Below are positions 13,273 through 26,830 of a DNA stretch of 64,000 nucleotides, piece after piece; the stretch's first letter is position 1, and every line of letters starts with the position of its first letter. The position numbers were made by a program, and so were the translations under genes. The notes beneath the pieces were generated by a model that did not search any database, had not been told where the DNA came from, and was given only the letters and a program-made list of their open reading frames with translations. This DNA is from Lama glama (lineage: Eukaryota): contig CM052818.1 of assembly GCA_028534125.1 (NCBI GenBank), positions 7,318,001 to 7,382,000 on the forward strand. The letters run 5' to 3'.

Positions 13273-14079
13273 AAAACTTGGAGCCTTGCTGAATTATGAA
13301 GAAGGCAGAATTGGTCTTTGGCTCCCACTGGTCACAGGAGTGCCCCTGTCCGTCTTATGCACCCCTCTTCCTTCAGGCTGCTCCTTCTACTTGTTCCCCA
13401 CTGCTGAAAAATCTGTTTCTTAGTAAAGGATCGGACGGATCAATTCCAAAGCTTAGAACTTGAAATATGGAAAAAGCCATGGAGATCATTTGGTTTAGCT
13501 CCTTGATTTTGCAGATGCAAAAACAGGCTGAATTAACCAAGATTCTTTTTACTTCAAGAGACACAACCCAATTTTAACTATCTCAGGTGAGAAAGGGAGA
13601 TATACTAGCATCTATGGGTAGAAATAACTTTAGGGATTAAATATAAATGTCACTAGTTTATGCTCTTTTTAATTTCAGACCTTTTGTCCCTACTTCAAAA
13701 TGTGATGTTTTCAATTTTTTCTGGTATAGTTGGAATTCCTTTATATGGTTGGTAGAGGATATGGCCACAGGAAACCCCAGGCTGCATCATTCCATGTTAG
13801 TGATTTTGGATGAAAGAGACAACTTCTGTCTCCTTGTTTCAGTATATATACAGCTCAGGGAAGGTCTCTGATTGGCCCAGCTTGGGTCACATGGATATTT
13901 CCTGGACCAATCACTTTGGCCAACTGGAAGTGCTGCGATGATCGGTGACCTCGGTCTCACATTATCTCATTGTGGGGTGGGGTGGGGGGTTGGCAGGTAT
14001 TATGGAGAGCAGTCCTATCAGAATCACATGTGCCTTTTTAGAGGAATGTGGGTTGCTCTCACCAGAAGGGCAGTGAGGT

Positions 14080-14615
14080 AATCAGCCTTCTAGGTCCCCA
14101 GTGATCACCACCTCCTGGTGTCCAGGCCTTCTTGTAATCCCATCCCTTTGAGTGTGAGCTTGACCTAGTGACTCATGTCTGATGAACAGAATATGGCAAA
14201 GGTGATGGGATATCCCTTCTGACATTATTTTACCGAAGTCTGTGATCCCCCTTTTCCCCTTGCTCACTCTGACGAAGCCAGCTCCCATGTTATAAGCCAC
14301 CCTATGGAAAGATTTATGTGGTAAGGAATGAAGGGTCACCCCTGGCCAATAACCAGCAAGGAACTGAGACCCTCAATCCAATAGCCCACAAGAAACTGCC
14401 ACTGAGTGAGCTTGGGAGTGGGTGCTTCCCCATCTGAGCCTTGAGTGAGAGCAGCCCTGGTCAACTACTTGATTGCAATCTGTAAGAGACTCTGAGTTGG
14501 ACGATGTAGCTAAGCCATACTCACACTCTCGACCCACAGAAACTCTGAGATAATCAATGTGCATTGCTCTAAGCTGCTAAATTTTGAAGTCATAGTTATA
14601 CAGCGATAGAATACC
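14080..14615 (+). mobile_element. MaLR LTR (MLT1 family)
   Basis: gaatatggcaaaggtgatggga...gacccacagaaactctgagataatcaatgtg...ctaagctgctaaattttg, typical of MLT1. Confidence 0.8.
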
Positions 14616-14894
14616 AAGACAGGGAGGAAGGACATTGAGCAGAAAAAATACACAGATGTCTGGCACAGAACCTACTAGAACACAAAATATCATCATTATT
14701 CTGGTTTTTGGATGTCCTAAGCTTTCCTTCTCAGACTCTTCCTTCCAGCTCTGTCTTCCTTCCAGCTGTCTTCCTCCCTGTTTGTACTGCACTTTTTTCT
14801 TTGTATCTTTTATTTCTTTCCATGACCTATGCTTTTATAAGAGCCAGCAGGAGAGGGAAAGGAAGAGGGAAGAGAAATCCATTGAGAAACTAGC

Positions 14895-15100
14895 AATAAT
14901 GAGGGACTACTATGTGTCAAGCACTTTGCAACCCACTTTCCATGACTGGTCTCATTTAATCATTTCCCCAAACCCCACGAGGCTGGTTTTATTAGTTCTA
15001 TTCCACAGATAAGAAAACTGAAGCCTGGAGAGTTGACATACCTTTCTTAAGATCACATAGCAGGGAAGCGGCAGTGATGGGGCACGAGCAAAGCATGCTC
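14895..15100 (-). mobile_element. MIR
   Basis: tactatgtgtcaagcac...ttccacagataagaaaactgaagcctggagag. Confidence 0.65.
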
Positions 15101-15586
15101 GTCCCGCTGCAGCACACAGGTGATCGTTTTTATCCAAGAATAGGCGTGCTTGTCTGCTGGTGGGGCACGGGGCCGACTCCAACATTAGGCCTTCATTCTA
15201 AGAAGGCTGACCTGTTTGATTGTACAGTTTTCACAGAATTCACTCAGTTCTTTTCTTTTGGTGCCAACAGGTAGGTTTCTAACAAGACCTCCTGCCAGCT
15301 AAGCAGATCCCTTGGGAAGGAATCCCTTCTTCATTCTCCAAGTCAAATTGCTTCTGTATTAAACCAAAGGCTGAACGTGCCAGGGTCGGCGCAGTGCCAC
15401 CTGTTCCCACGGGCGCCTGCAACAGCCACCCCGGCGGAGAAGGCCAACCAGGAATTTCAGGGCCCAGAGAGGATGTCCCAGGCCTCCTCACCAAGAAACA
15501 AGAACCCTCAGCCTTGGCTTCTCCTGCTACCAAGTAGGGCATGTGATGGCGTGGAGGGGTTCCATTTGCAGATGTAACTCTGATTC

Positions 15587-16224
15587 TGCAACAGAGCAGG
15601 ACCCCTACGGGGCCATCCCAGGACAGACACTCCCCTCATGTCCTCTGCCTCTTATCCATAGAAAAACTTTAGTCTCCTAGGCTTCCCCAAGTTCCAAGGA
15701 GCACATTTAATCAGAGAAGTGAGAAAATGCAGAGAGGAGAACAGTCAAGCAAGACAAAATAATAATAGTTGAACTATCAAGCAAAGTTAAGGACCTTATT
15801 TCCTCCTCAAGGGCTGTAGGTAATATTCTGAGCCATGTCCTTTGAGCTGTTTTGCAGAGACTCAAACCCCCACCAGGTGGAAGAAGTTAACTGTATGCTG
15901 CCCACAAGCTCGCAGACCCCAGACCAGGTGGAACCAGAAGGTTGGTGATGTTGACTCCCGATTACCTCACCACCAACCAATCAGAAGAACGTCCACGAGC
16001 CGATCACGCTCCTCACATCCCCCCTCCCCCACCCCCACCCTCCACCCCCTACTCCTGTCTTTAAAAACTTCCTCCGAAAGCCTTCGGGAACTCGGGCCTA
16101 TTACGCACTAGCTTGCCTGCACTCCTTGCTTGGCGCCCTGCAATAAACCTTCACCACAATTCAGTGTCAGTAGATTGGTTTACCGCGCGCGTGGTCAAGT
16201 GGACCCAGGTTTGGTTCGGTAACA
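15587..16224 (+). mobile_element. Solo ERV LTR (ERV1-class, MER41-like; family tentative)
   Basis: TG...CA termini (tgcaacagagc...ggtaaca), near-TSD attc/attt, CCAAT (~15977), TATA-like tttaaaaa (~16060), AATAAA 16142-16147, CpGs retained. Confidence 0.8.
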
Positions 16225-18089
16225 ATTTCTTCACCAATATGGCACCATAAAGTCTCAACAGCTGAGAACCAGAGAAACCTAGAACAGAGACTAAATTGCA
16301 GGCCCAGGTTTAAAGACAGGAAACTAATTTTCCTGAAATGCTGTTCTGTGCTGCGTGAGTCATAGCTGAATTGCTGAGGGAAGCATTTTTAAACATCACA
16401 GAACAGACAGGCATAGCCCTAAACCTTTAAAGGACTACATTTTTTTTTTTAAAGGTCAACTGCTTTTTTCCTGGAGGGGATCCTTCATAGGAAGTATAGA
16501 AATGGATAATTAGTAATTGTCCTATTGAGAAAGTGGCCTGTAAAAGGAACAAAATTACATGGACCAGCTTCTCATGCAAGACGTGCCCCCTCCCGCCAGG
16601 CATTGCTCTGATCTAGGGAGGCCGTGACACTTAGTTCGTTTCCAGACCCACCTCTCACAGTCCTGACCAACTTACAGTTGCTTTTCAATATTAATCCAAT
16701 TTATAGAGACAAGAATCACATTTTAGCAGGGACCACTAACATGGAAATATATCACAAATTCTTTTTCTTCCATTTGTATTTTCAATATTCTATATTTCTT
16801 GTCATAATCTTTTCATCATGACAGACACGTGGTGTATTTGTTCATGTACAGTATTGAGCACATACCTGGTGTGATAGCCTAATTAGAAAAAAAAATGGGG
16901 GCAGAACTGCCTCCCCATTTCTAGGGCAAGTCACTCATTTTCAGTTTCCAGCCTCTCTTTAAAGATTTCTCCCAGGCTTGTCTTCCATCCCCACTGCCCC
17001 TGAATTCCAAGCTTTTTCTGTCCCTGCTCCTCGGGCTGTCCCCTGCCTCCTACCGGATTCTCCAAGGCTCCTTCTCTGCTGAGACTATGACCTGCTGAAG
17101 ACACATCTTCCCGATGTCGTAGCTGGTCCCGGAATGGATGAGATACTTTTTGCTCAACTCCTGCAGGGGGAGTGTTCTCAACAGGCCAAAAATGGCCAGG
17201 AGTTGCTAATAATGAGAACCTGCACCGAGTGCTTAGAATACACTAGGCTTGTGTTAAGCTCTTTATGTGCTTTGTTTTCATTAATCCTCACAAGAAGCTC
17301 GTCCTTCTGGTCATCCTGCTTTACAAATGTGGGCACCGTGGAAGGGAGAGGTTGCCTGGCCGCACATCTAGTGGTGGTGCTGGAATCTGAAGGCGGCCAG
17401 CTGGCTCCAGCGCCTGGGTTCTTCCCCGCGATGCTTTCGGCTGGCTCTCAATCTTTGCCCATTTCCTGCAGGGTCCTTTGGGTCCTAGTTATCTGGGTCA
17501 GGTACAGCTGTATCATGAGATAGATAAGTAGTCAATAAACTCTATTGAAGGATCTTGTGCTGAACATCTACTGGGTGCCAGGTACTGCTAACTCACAAAC
17601 CTGGGTTGTGGGTTTTGGTGTGGAGATTAAGCATGAGAAACTTTCATTGAATGGTTGGGAAGGGCATCCTTTTGCTTAAGAATAGATTTGGCCGGAGGCA
17701 AAATTGTGAGGTCTCTGTGTGTCTCATAGTCTGGCCCTTCTTCCTTTTTTTTTTCTCCCCTCGTGTGGCCCTTCTTGAACAGTTTTATTCTTTCTTCAAC
17801 TTAGGGAGCTTCTCTTTCTCCACCCAGGATCCTCTCTGTGCTTCTGCACCCAGCACTGCACTCAGAAGTAGGTCACATGCACCCCAGTGCATCCTTGATG
17901 TAAGCCTTATCTTCGGATTATCCAGGAGTGCGTGCTTCAACACTTACTTAGCTGCCGAGCTCTGGAGAGGCCGTGACGGTTCACAGTATCCCCAGCCTCA
18001 CTGAGATTATACTTCGGTAGGTGAAGGCTGACTTGAGTTCTTATAATAGGGAAAAATGGAATGAGAGCTGTAAAGGGGGATATATAAAG

Positions 18090-18262
18090 TGAGGCAGGAC
18101 TCCAAGGTGATTGATAAAGGCATTGTTCTTTTCTGGGGTGATGGAAATATTCTAAATCTCGATTGGAATATCGGTTGCAGAGGGAATATATTTTTCAAAG
18201 CTCATCATATTGTGCACTGAAGACCTGTACATTTCTCTGTGCGTAAATATTCCCTAAATAAA
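18090..18262 (+). mobile_element. Old L1M 3' end
   Basis: ttctggggtgatggaaatattctaaatctcgatt... typical L1M 3' terminus. Confidence 0.65.
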
Positions 18263-19706
18263 ATCTTTTTTTGTGTGTTTTGGTTTTTTTGGTCTAAGAA
18301 ATGAAAAAGAAGCAGCAGTAAGCAGACAGAGTCATTCCCATGAACCATTTGATTAGAAATCTAAGAGCCGTTCATTGAGCAAATACTGATTGAGCACCTA
18401 ATACGTACTAGGACTGTTCTAGAATCCATCAATGAAGAGACAAAGTCCCTGTCTTTATGGAGCTGACATTCTCGCAGGATCCTTTCTGGGGGAGGAGGAA
18501 GGAGAGATTTCCTCTGGTCTCAGCAAGAACACCTGGAAACTGTTCTCAGCCTCAATGATCCAGGGAAAAGGGGGATTAGTGGAAAAGACAAAGCAGAAAA
18601 CAAAAAGTTCTCCCATGATTCATAGACTAGAACTTCTCTTTCAGGTGGAGCCCAGTGGAAGAGCCTGCAAATCTTCCAGCCCCAACCCACAGTATCCCTG
18701 TGACTTGGCGGGGCAGCGACCACATCACCTCCCCACCAGCCACCCCAGTGCCTCCACCAGAGGTCCTGAGATCCCTTTCAGCACATCTGCCAACAAGGCA
18801 TGGGCTCTGGCCAAAGTCCTAAACCAGAAGGTGGAAACATTTTCTGAACACTGGGAGAGGTGGGGAGGTGTCGGTGCTTTTGAAACCAAACCTCTGTCCT
18901 TAAAGACTCTGCAGCAGGGCTTGGCCCAGCCCCCGGGGGAGCTGAATGGTGCTTCAGTGAATCACAGGAAATCCAGGCAAGAAGAGGCCATCTGAGAGGA
19001 AAGGCAGGCTCTTTTGAGGTCTCAAAATCTTTATTAAATTAAGGGTCCAAGAAGCCTTGATCTTACAGCAAAATTTAATAATATTATGTATAATAAAGGA
19101 AAATGAAGCAACATATAGTCATTGTGAATTAAAAATGACCTAAGTGACATACAATCTTTGAATTTACAAAGATAGCACAATTTATGCAGTAAATCATATC
19201 TTGCAGTTAGTCTTTTTTTCAGTAACAATGTAAGGTGATATTAGAGTAGAGGTCACAATTTGTGAGCCTTATAACATTCCTCATCTTTCTTTCCAATTTT
19301 TGCTCTTCCTATAACCCATCTTTTGTCCTTTAGTTGACCACACTCATATTGTTTGCTTTCTGTTCCACTAGCTGAAAATTTATATAAAACTTCCAGGTGA
19401 TATGGGAACTTCATTTGGAGGTTGAATAAAGGAAAGGAATTAAATTCAGAGAGAGTTTCCTTAAACCTAAAAACGTGGAAAACTCCAGCAATGTTACAAA
19501 AATGACCAGAATGGCCGCAGTGACCCCAAGAATAAGCAAGCATCCAAGTTCTTCCCCAGCACGTTGGAACTCTCCTCCGGAGGGGGTCTCATCTGCTGGT
19601 TTGCCCAGCACAGCATGCTGACCCACAAGGGGAAAGAAACAGAAGAAAAGACACAGTCCAGAGAGATCAGCGCACTTTTGGAATTAGGAAAGCTAATGTA
19701 TTTTCA

Positions 19707-19929
19707 CAGGAGTTGTCAAATTTTTCTGTAAAGGTCCAGGTACTAAATGGTTTAGGCTTTGCTGGCTACATGGTCTCTGTCAAAATTATTCAACGCTGCT
19801 ATTATCACAGGAATGCAGCCAAAGACAATAAGTGAACAAATGGGTGTGGCTGTGTGCCAATAAAACTTTATTTACAAAAACAGGCCATGGGTTAGATATG
19901 GCCCACAGACTGTTGGTTGCCAGTCCCTG
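19707..19929. mobile_element. MER58-like DNA transposon
   Basis: cagg...ccctg termini; tttttctgtaaaggtccag...ccaataaaactttatttacaaaaacagg. Confidence 0.8.
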
Positions 19930-20009
19930 TATTATTGGTTAAATGACAGCAGGCTAGAGACAGCTGAAAACCGGAGATGGGGCAAGTGGGGCTGGAAGAA
20001 TGGAGTCCA

Positions 20010-20445
20010 GGACTGCCGTGGTCACTGGCATTTCCTTTCCCTTAAGGATATGTGGGTGGCCTGCATTTTCCCAGACTTTCTCATAGTTAGATGGGGCAAT
20101 GTGGCTGAGCTCTGAATAGTGGAATAAGGGCGGAAATGAAGTATGCTACTTTTGGTCCTGGCCCTTAAAGTCTTCCCAGGAGGTTTCTGTGTTCTCACTT
20201 GCTTTTCCTTTGTCTGCTGGCTGGGTACAGAGATCCAGTGGGAACTCTGAGGCCCTGGAAGTAAGGTATGCAAAGTGGCAAAAGCACTTGCTAGAAGAAA
20301 CCTGAGTTCCCAGATAACAGGGTTGAACAGAGCTTCCTGCCAACACGTTTGGACTTTGACATGAGGCAGGCATCAACTTTTTATTTTGCGAATCACTGAG
20401 AATTAGGGATTTGTTGATAAAGCAGCTGGGGTTACCTATTGTAAT
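20010..20445 (+). mobile_element. Old ERVL/MaLR-type LTR (LTR16/33-like)
   Basis: tgtggctgagctctg...tactttttggtcctggccc-type 5' part and cactgagaattagggatttgttgataaagcag end; family tentative. Confidence 0.55.
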
Positions 20446-20519
20446 ATAGAATCCAAGAATCATGTTACTTTGTGTCACAGCCCCCCCCAACTCAGAAATT
20501 GGATGCAACATGTACTTTT

Positions 20520-20618
20520 TTTAAAATTGAAGTACAGTCCATTACAATGTGTCCATTTCTGATATACAGCACAACTTCCATTCATGCATATATACACATA
20601 TGTTTGCTTTCATATTCT
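20520..20618 (-). mobile_element. Very short L1 3' end with TSD
   Basis: Perfect TSD aacatgtactttt (20507-20519 / 20619-20631). Confidence 0.85.
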
Positions 20619-23600
20619 AACATGTACTTTTGAATATGAGGGGATGGTGGAGTTGAAATCAGCAGAATTTTTTGAATTTTGGGATAAAAAACCAGTCAGG
20701 AGCTAAGATCCTAACTGCAAATTCAGGATCTTTTTAAAGGAATTTTCAGATGTTTCAAATGATACTATTTGATTTCCATAGTAGCTCTGTGCACAAAAAT
20801 ATTAGTTTGAACCCTTTAGTTATGAGAAGCTGTGACCATTAAGCTACCAAAAGAGAAGTTGGGGAGTTTATGATAAAAAGTAAAGGCATTTCCCTAGACT
20901 TGAAGCTAGGAAGAAAGTTCAGCCTCTGGCCGAGCCAGGGTTTGGGAACTGGAAATTTGTCAGGACTGTCTCTCAGCTCTGTCTCTCCCAGAGAGATGCT
21001 CTGTTCTTCCATAACCCAGCTTCCTCTCTCAAAGATGGCTAAGCCCAGAAACTGAGGTTTTCCATTTCTTCCTTTCAAAAAACCCACCGAGACTGAGACT
21101 GAGCCCCCTGGTGCTCACTCTAAAATTCCAGGAGAGAAAATCTGATTGGGTCTGTATGAGGGTGGTGTCCACTCCGGGTCCGAAACACAGCCCATCCTGG
21201 GGCGACGCCTATGTGGGTAGACAGGGCAGATTGGTTTTCCTCATTTCATACATGTGGCAACACTGGCAAGGCAGACGTTCCCACAAGGAGAGTGTGGCCT
21301 CGAGATGTTAGTGAATTTCTGAAAGCCACCCATGCATCTCACTGGGCTGGAACCGCAGCCACCCTTGCTCCTCATCCAGTTGCTCCATCTCTCACCACAG
21401 GTATCCTGTTTCCCACATGAATCAGTGATGCCTTTTGATATTTAACAAAAGTATAGGCTTCTCCCAAAGCAGATCTGGCTTTACCTCTGCCCTTCCAAAG
21501 CTATTATGTGCTTTGCCACGACAAGCAGGAGTGGGGTGTGGGCGAAAGAGGCAGGAGGGCTGTGGGTTTTCAGCACGGCGAGGTGCTTTGTAGACAAAAA
21601 TGCTGGGAGAGCCTCTGGTATAAACTCACCTCCTGGACTCTAGACTGAAAAATCCCTAAACTGTATGATTCCTACTATTAGTACTATGGTACTAATAAAT
21701 AAAACAAATAAAAACATTTTTTTAAGTTGCACAAGTAGCAATAGACCAAAAAGTTCTGGTGGACATGAATCTTATCTCTCAATACTGACCTAGCCCAGCC
21801 CTTGATACCAAGTAGTTACTCAACATATATTGTTGAAAGATTGAATGAATTTACGTTTCTGCAGAAAAATGAGAATGTACTGAGAAGCAAAAGGAAGACA
21901 ATAAAATTTACACATAGTCACACAACTACCTCTTGAAATGTGTCCTTCATACATTTTTACAAAAATAGGATTTTATTGTACATACAGTTTTGTTTCCTTT
22001 CCCCTCCCTTCCTCCCTTCTTTCTCTCTCTCCCTCCTCCATGCCCCCACCTCTGTTTCCTTTATGTCACTTTACAATATTTTGGGACATCACTTCTAGTG
22101 GCAGCCTAGGTAGGATTCCTCTTATGATCACACTTATTTGTAGAAGCTGCTCTCCTTTTAGGTCATTTCCAGTTTTTCTCTATTCTAAACAGCCTATAAC
22201 AAATTCCTTGGCATCTCCATCTTGGGCACATCTTAGTTTCCCTGGGGTAAGTTCCTAGAAGTGGAATTTCTGGCTCAAAATGCAGATGCACTTTTGGTGT
22301 TTTTGATGCCTTTTGCCAAATGGCTCTGCAATGCTCGCTTCTCCCAGTGCTGTTTGAGAGCGTCTGTTTTCAAAGGTTTGATTTTTCAAAAGTGTTCCCT
22401 TCCACTTTATCAAATGCTTTCAGGAAGCGTGTTGATTCTTCCTGTGCTGGTGAGACTCCTGATGGGGAAGACGGGCCTGGGCATCTTGTGCAGCAGGAGG
22501 CAGTGTGCCGGCAGGTACACGGGAGGCCTGTCCGGGGGTCTTTGATCTGAAACAGCCTCTTGGCCCATCAGCTGCCCTTTGCATGTCAGATCAGGAACAG
22601 AAAAGAGGACGTCTCAGTGTCCACACCCCTCAGAACTTGCAAAGTGAAGTTTGACAAGCAGAGGGACTTTTTTTTTTTTGCTGTGTTTTCACCAGAAACT
22701 GAGCCCTTTTGAGATCAGAGGCCGTAGGATAAGATGGCTGCAGGAGTGTGACACTGGCCAAGTGAGTACAGTGTGAGTCCAAGGACCACACAAAGTTGCC
22801 CTCTGGCTCCTTTCCACCTGGGAATGGAGATGGACCTGAGTCCTGCATGGGCCAAAGCCCTAGATGACCAGGCTCATCACCGATGACCTGAGAACCACCA
22901 ATGAACCGAGAGCCAGAATGTGTTACACCTGATGACAAAGCCTTAGACTCACACTGAGGATAATGTAATCAGCACAATGACCAAAATTAAGGCCACAGAA
23001 ACAGTTCATAAAATGTATGAGTTGCCCTAGGTCACCCAGCTAGTAACTGGCAACTTCAAAATTGGGGATGAGTCTCCTGAATCTTTATTGCCCTGAACAT
23101 GCTCATCCTCTCCATCCCTGGTTCCACCATCTTTGATAGAACCGACTCCAGGATGAAAACACTGGTTCATTTACTAAGTGCTTACTGTCAGGGGAACTGG
23201 TGACTTTGTAAATGGTGGAGGCTCCATCAGCCTGGGTCTTCAGGTGATGGTGATGTGGAGCCCAACACCCTCCATCCACCTGAGATAGACCTGTGACCAT
23301 AAGCATGACGTAAACCTTTGTGTTTTCAGTCACTAAGACTCGAAGTCTCTTTATGACTGCAGCATACTGTCTAAAGTGGAGAGGGCCGGGGAGGTTGGTG
23401 GGGTGTGATGAAGAGAAAGTTTCCCAGCCGCAGAGCCAAGCCAGGTTACACTTGGCCATGGTGTCTACTATCACCCACAGCTCTCACATTAAGTTATTGG
23501 TCCACTATTGGGGAGAGAAATGAAATGCTCATCCTCTTGGGCGTGTGGTGGTGAAGACAAGTCCAGAAACTGGAGGATCTGGCTGTGAGGACAAGTGCCC

Positions 23601-24624
23601 ACCTTGCAGAACCACAGACGCCCCAATAGCAGATGTGGGGCCCTGCAGAACCCAGTGCCCTCTCTCTGTTCTCCTTGGCCTTAGTGACACACACAGATGC
23701 CACAGGCTCAACTCTGCAGTGGGGCTTCCTACCCGTCAGGGAGCCAAATACACACACTGTCTCTCTGCAACCTGGACTGTTCAGGGCCCTGCTTCAGTGT
23801 ATGAGTGTGGCCCCGATACATTAAGGGGAATTTGGGGTCCAGCATCTCCATCCTCCTTATTGTCCCTACCCTCTTCCCCTCCATAGTCCCATTTGCTCAC
23901 CTAACATGGGAGATCCCTTAGAAACCCTTGCCCTTCCCTGTTTCAACAGTCCTCCACAAGGTGGAGAATCCCAGGACCCACAGCTGAGCCATGCCTGGAA
24001 GCCAGTGGCTGTTGGGAATGTGGGCAGTGGACACGCTTGGCAAAGTTGGCCTTTGGCACCTGTCTTTGGATAACTATATGTTATTCTTAGGTACCACAGA
24101 TGATCAATTTATCTCTGTTCTCTTTCAAGACCTTCTGCTGGAAGTATCTCTACAGAGCTGAACTGCCTGCAGTGTTTCCAGCAGACCACTGTATTTGCAC
24201 ACAGCTCCCAAAGTCCACCTGATGGTGCTTCATCTCAGCCTTCTCTTTTGTAGGGCATCTAACTAAATTGAATAGGTCTTTCTCTCTTTCTGCATCTTTT
24301 TTCCTTACCCTTGAAGCAAAACTCAATTTCTTGAAGGATCTCCTTCATTACTTGTTAAGCTGGGGTTCTCCTTGGAAAACACATCAAGTACCCAACTGCC
24401 TGCCCTTCAGTGCCTCTCCAGCAGCCTTGGAAGCTTCCGTCTCACCTCTGCTCCTAGGAATCAAGAGATCTATAGTCCATCTCTGTATCTACCTTTGGCA
24501 AACTGTATGATGTTAAGCAGTTGACTTCATCTACCCGGGCCTCAGTTTTCTCCTCTGTAAAATGGCAATATCAGATCACCTCAAGAATGAACTGTGCCTC
24601 CTCTGAGTTCCCTCTCTCACTTTA

Positions 24625-24955
24625 TTTTTTATTTTTTAAATTTTATTTTCTTTGTGGTGGGGAGAAGTTAGGTTTATTTATTTATTTTTTCCTTCAGCGT
24701 TTTTTTTTTTACATTTTTTAATTGAGTTATAGTCATTTTACAATGTTGTGTCAAATTCCAGTGTAGAGCACAATTTTTCAGTTATACATGAACATACATA
24801 TATTCATTGTCACTTTTTTTTTTTTTGCTGTGAGCTATAGGTTTGTTTCTTTATTTTTAGAGGATTGAGAGGATTAGGGGATTGAACCCAAGACCTCACG
24901 TATGCTAAGCACACGCTCTACAACTTGAGCTATACCTCGTCCACTCTCCCCGGCC
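24625..24955 (-). mobile_element. tRNA-Ala-derived SINE (vic-1-like) interrupted by an L1 3' fragment (~24700-24837)
   Basis: Reverse complement GGTATAGCTCAAGTTGTAGAGCGTGTGCTTAGCATACGTGAGG...; SINE tail split by L1; flanking repeat ctcacttta (24616-24624 / 24956-24964). Confidence 0.8.
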
Positions 24956-26599
24956 CTCACTTTAGACCACTCTTCCAAGGCCCAGTGCTGTAGGGCCAAT
25001 ATGCTGTCCTTCTAGATACTGTGTTGGAATTCTCCCCAGATGCATCCAGAGATGGGGCTGACTCCGCCTCTGGAGTCTGACTCTCCTGGTGGGAGCACCA
25101 CGTCCTACATTGGGTGGGCGAGTGATATTCTGGGGCCTGATTTTGTGGGGTCCACCCCCATGGCAAGTAATCAGCTGCTCAGAACTTGCTCGTCTCAGTG
25201 GCCCTCTCCTGGCCCAGACACTTCACGTATAAGTAGAATTTTTCCCTCTTTTAGGCCACAGGTGGGGCGGTGGGGTGGATCTTGAACCTATGGTAGTGTG
25301 AACACAGATTGACTTTAACTTTCATAGTGGTGTCTCATATACAGAGTTGTTCATACAAATCTTGGAGGGACACCCCATCCCATCCTCCTGACCTAAAAAA
25401 GATTGGTGCCTTGTTCATTGCTTAACCAGAGAGTTATTTTTTTCTGAAAAAGAGAAAATCTGGCCCCTTTCTCTTCTGGAGCCTTGGGTAGGTCATAGTA
25501 GGTTCTAGAACAGACTCAAAACAGAAGTGTGTGGGTCTTTGGGTTAAAGAATGAAGCCTTTCAGGTGAATTGAAGGCAGTTTGAAACTAGGCAAATATAA
25601 ACCCAGTCTCATAATCTCGCATTTGCCAATGACTGAAAAATCTACCCAGAAAGTAGAATGTGACAGCCTGAATGACTAATCAAAGCAGGAACCTGCCCAG
25701 TGAGGAAAACCTTAAAAGAGAATATCAAACAAACAAAAAAACCACAACAAAACCAAGAAAACCCAAACAACAACAATAAGAAGATAGGATGATTTGTAAG
25801 GCTCTCAGGACTCCCCCAGATTACATCCGAGCAAGCTCATTAAGATCTAGGTACTTTTTTTCCATCTGGGTGTAGCTGCTGGATGCCCTCAGGTGGCTCA
25901 TTGGAGTAAGGATGCCCTGTCGCTGCTGTTTTACCTGCCACTAATTAATCCCTTCGACCCATCACTGAGAGGTGGGTCAGGTCCATGAGCCTCCCCTAAA
26001 GAATCAACCAAGCCAGTAACCAGAGCCCCGGCTCACCCTAGAATGGCCTCAGGGAGCCCAGGCAGGACATGGTTGTCTCTGGCCACTCCTCACCCTTCCC
26101 GAGCTGGTTCCCGCTGTGTCTCCTCAGAGTGCCCTGCCCAGGGTCCCGGCAAACAGTAAGGAGCAAAGCCACACCATGGACAAGCCACCTAAGTGCTCTG
26201 GGCTTGTTTTCCTCACCTGCAACATGAGGACTTGCCAGCTCTGCTATTCAGGTAGCTACAAGACCTGCTAGGCTGAGGTCCAGAGTAGAACATATCAGGT
26301 GGCGGAGTCGTTGCTCTGATGTACTTCTAACAACAAGCATTCACCGAGCTTTTATTACACACCAGGCACTATGCTCAGTGCCTTATGGACCTTCTTCTGC
26401 TTAATCCCAATGATCTTGCCAAGAACATTTGTGTAATCCCATATGACAGAAGACAAAAATGAGGCTCAGACTTCTCAAAACTTATACAAGGGATCACAGA
26501 GCTGGTAAGTGGCAAGATTTGAATGCCAGTCTGTCTGTTCTAAGCTCTTTTCCTTTGCAGTGTCTCTCAGTGGAGAGAAACTGATTCCTCTCGAAAGTG

Positions 26600-26830
26600 T
26601 TGCCAAATACTAAGAAAGCACCCATTTTAGAGCCCCAGTCAAGCCTTCACATGACTGTAGCCCTGGTGATAGTTTAACTGTCACAACATGAAAGATACTG
26701 AATTAGGACCACCCAGCAAAGCTGCTCCTAACCCCTGCCCAACAGAAACTATGTGAGACAATGAACGCTTCTTGTTTGAAGCCTCTAAATTTGGGGGTGA
26801 TTTGTTGCACTGCAATAGATGACTAATACA
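26600..26830 (+). mobile_element. MaLR LTR 3' part (MLT1)
   Basis: ccaacagaaactatgtgagacaatgaacgcttcttgtttgaagcctctaaatttggggg...gcaatagatgactaataca. Confidence 0.7.

Noticed and set aside
18432..18995. 187 aa ORF
   Set aside because: Starts within an L2 remnant; no recognisable domain or splice support.
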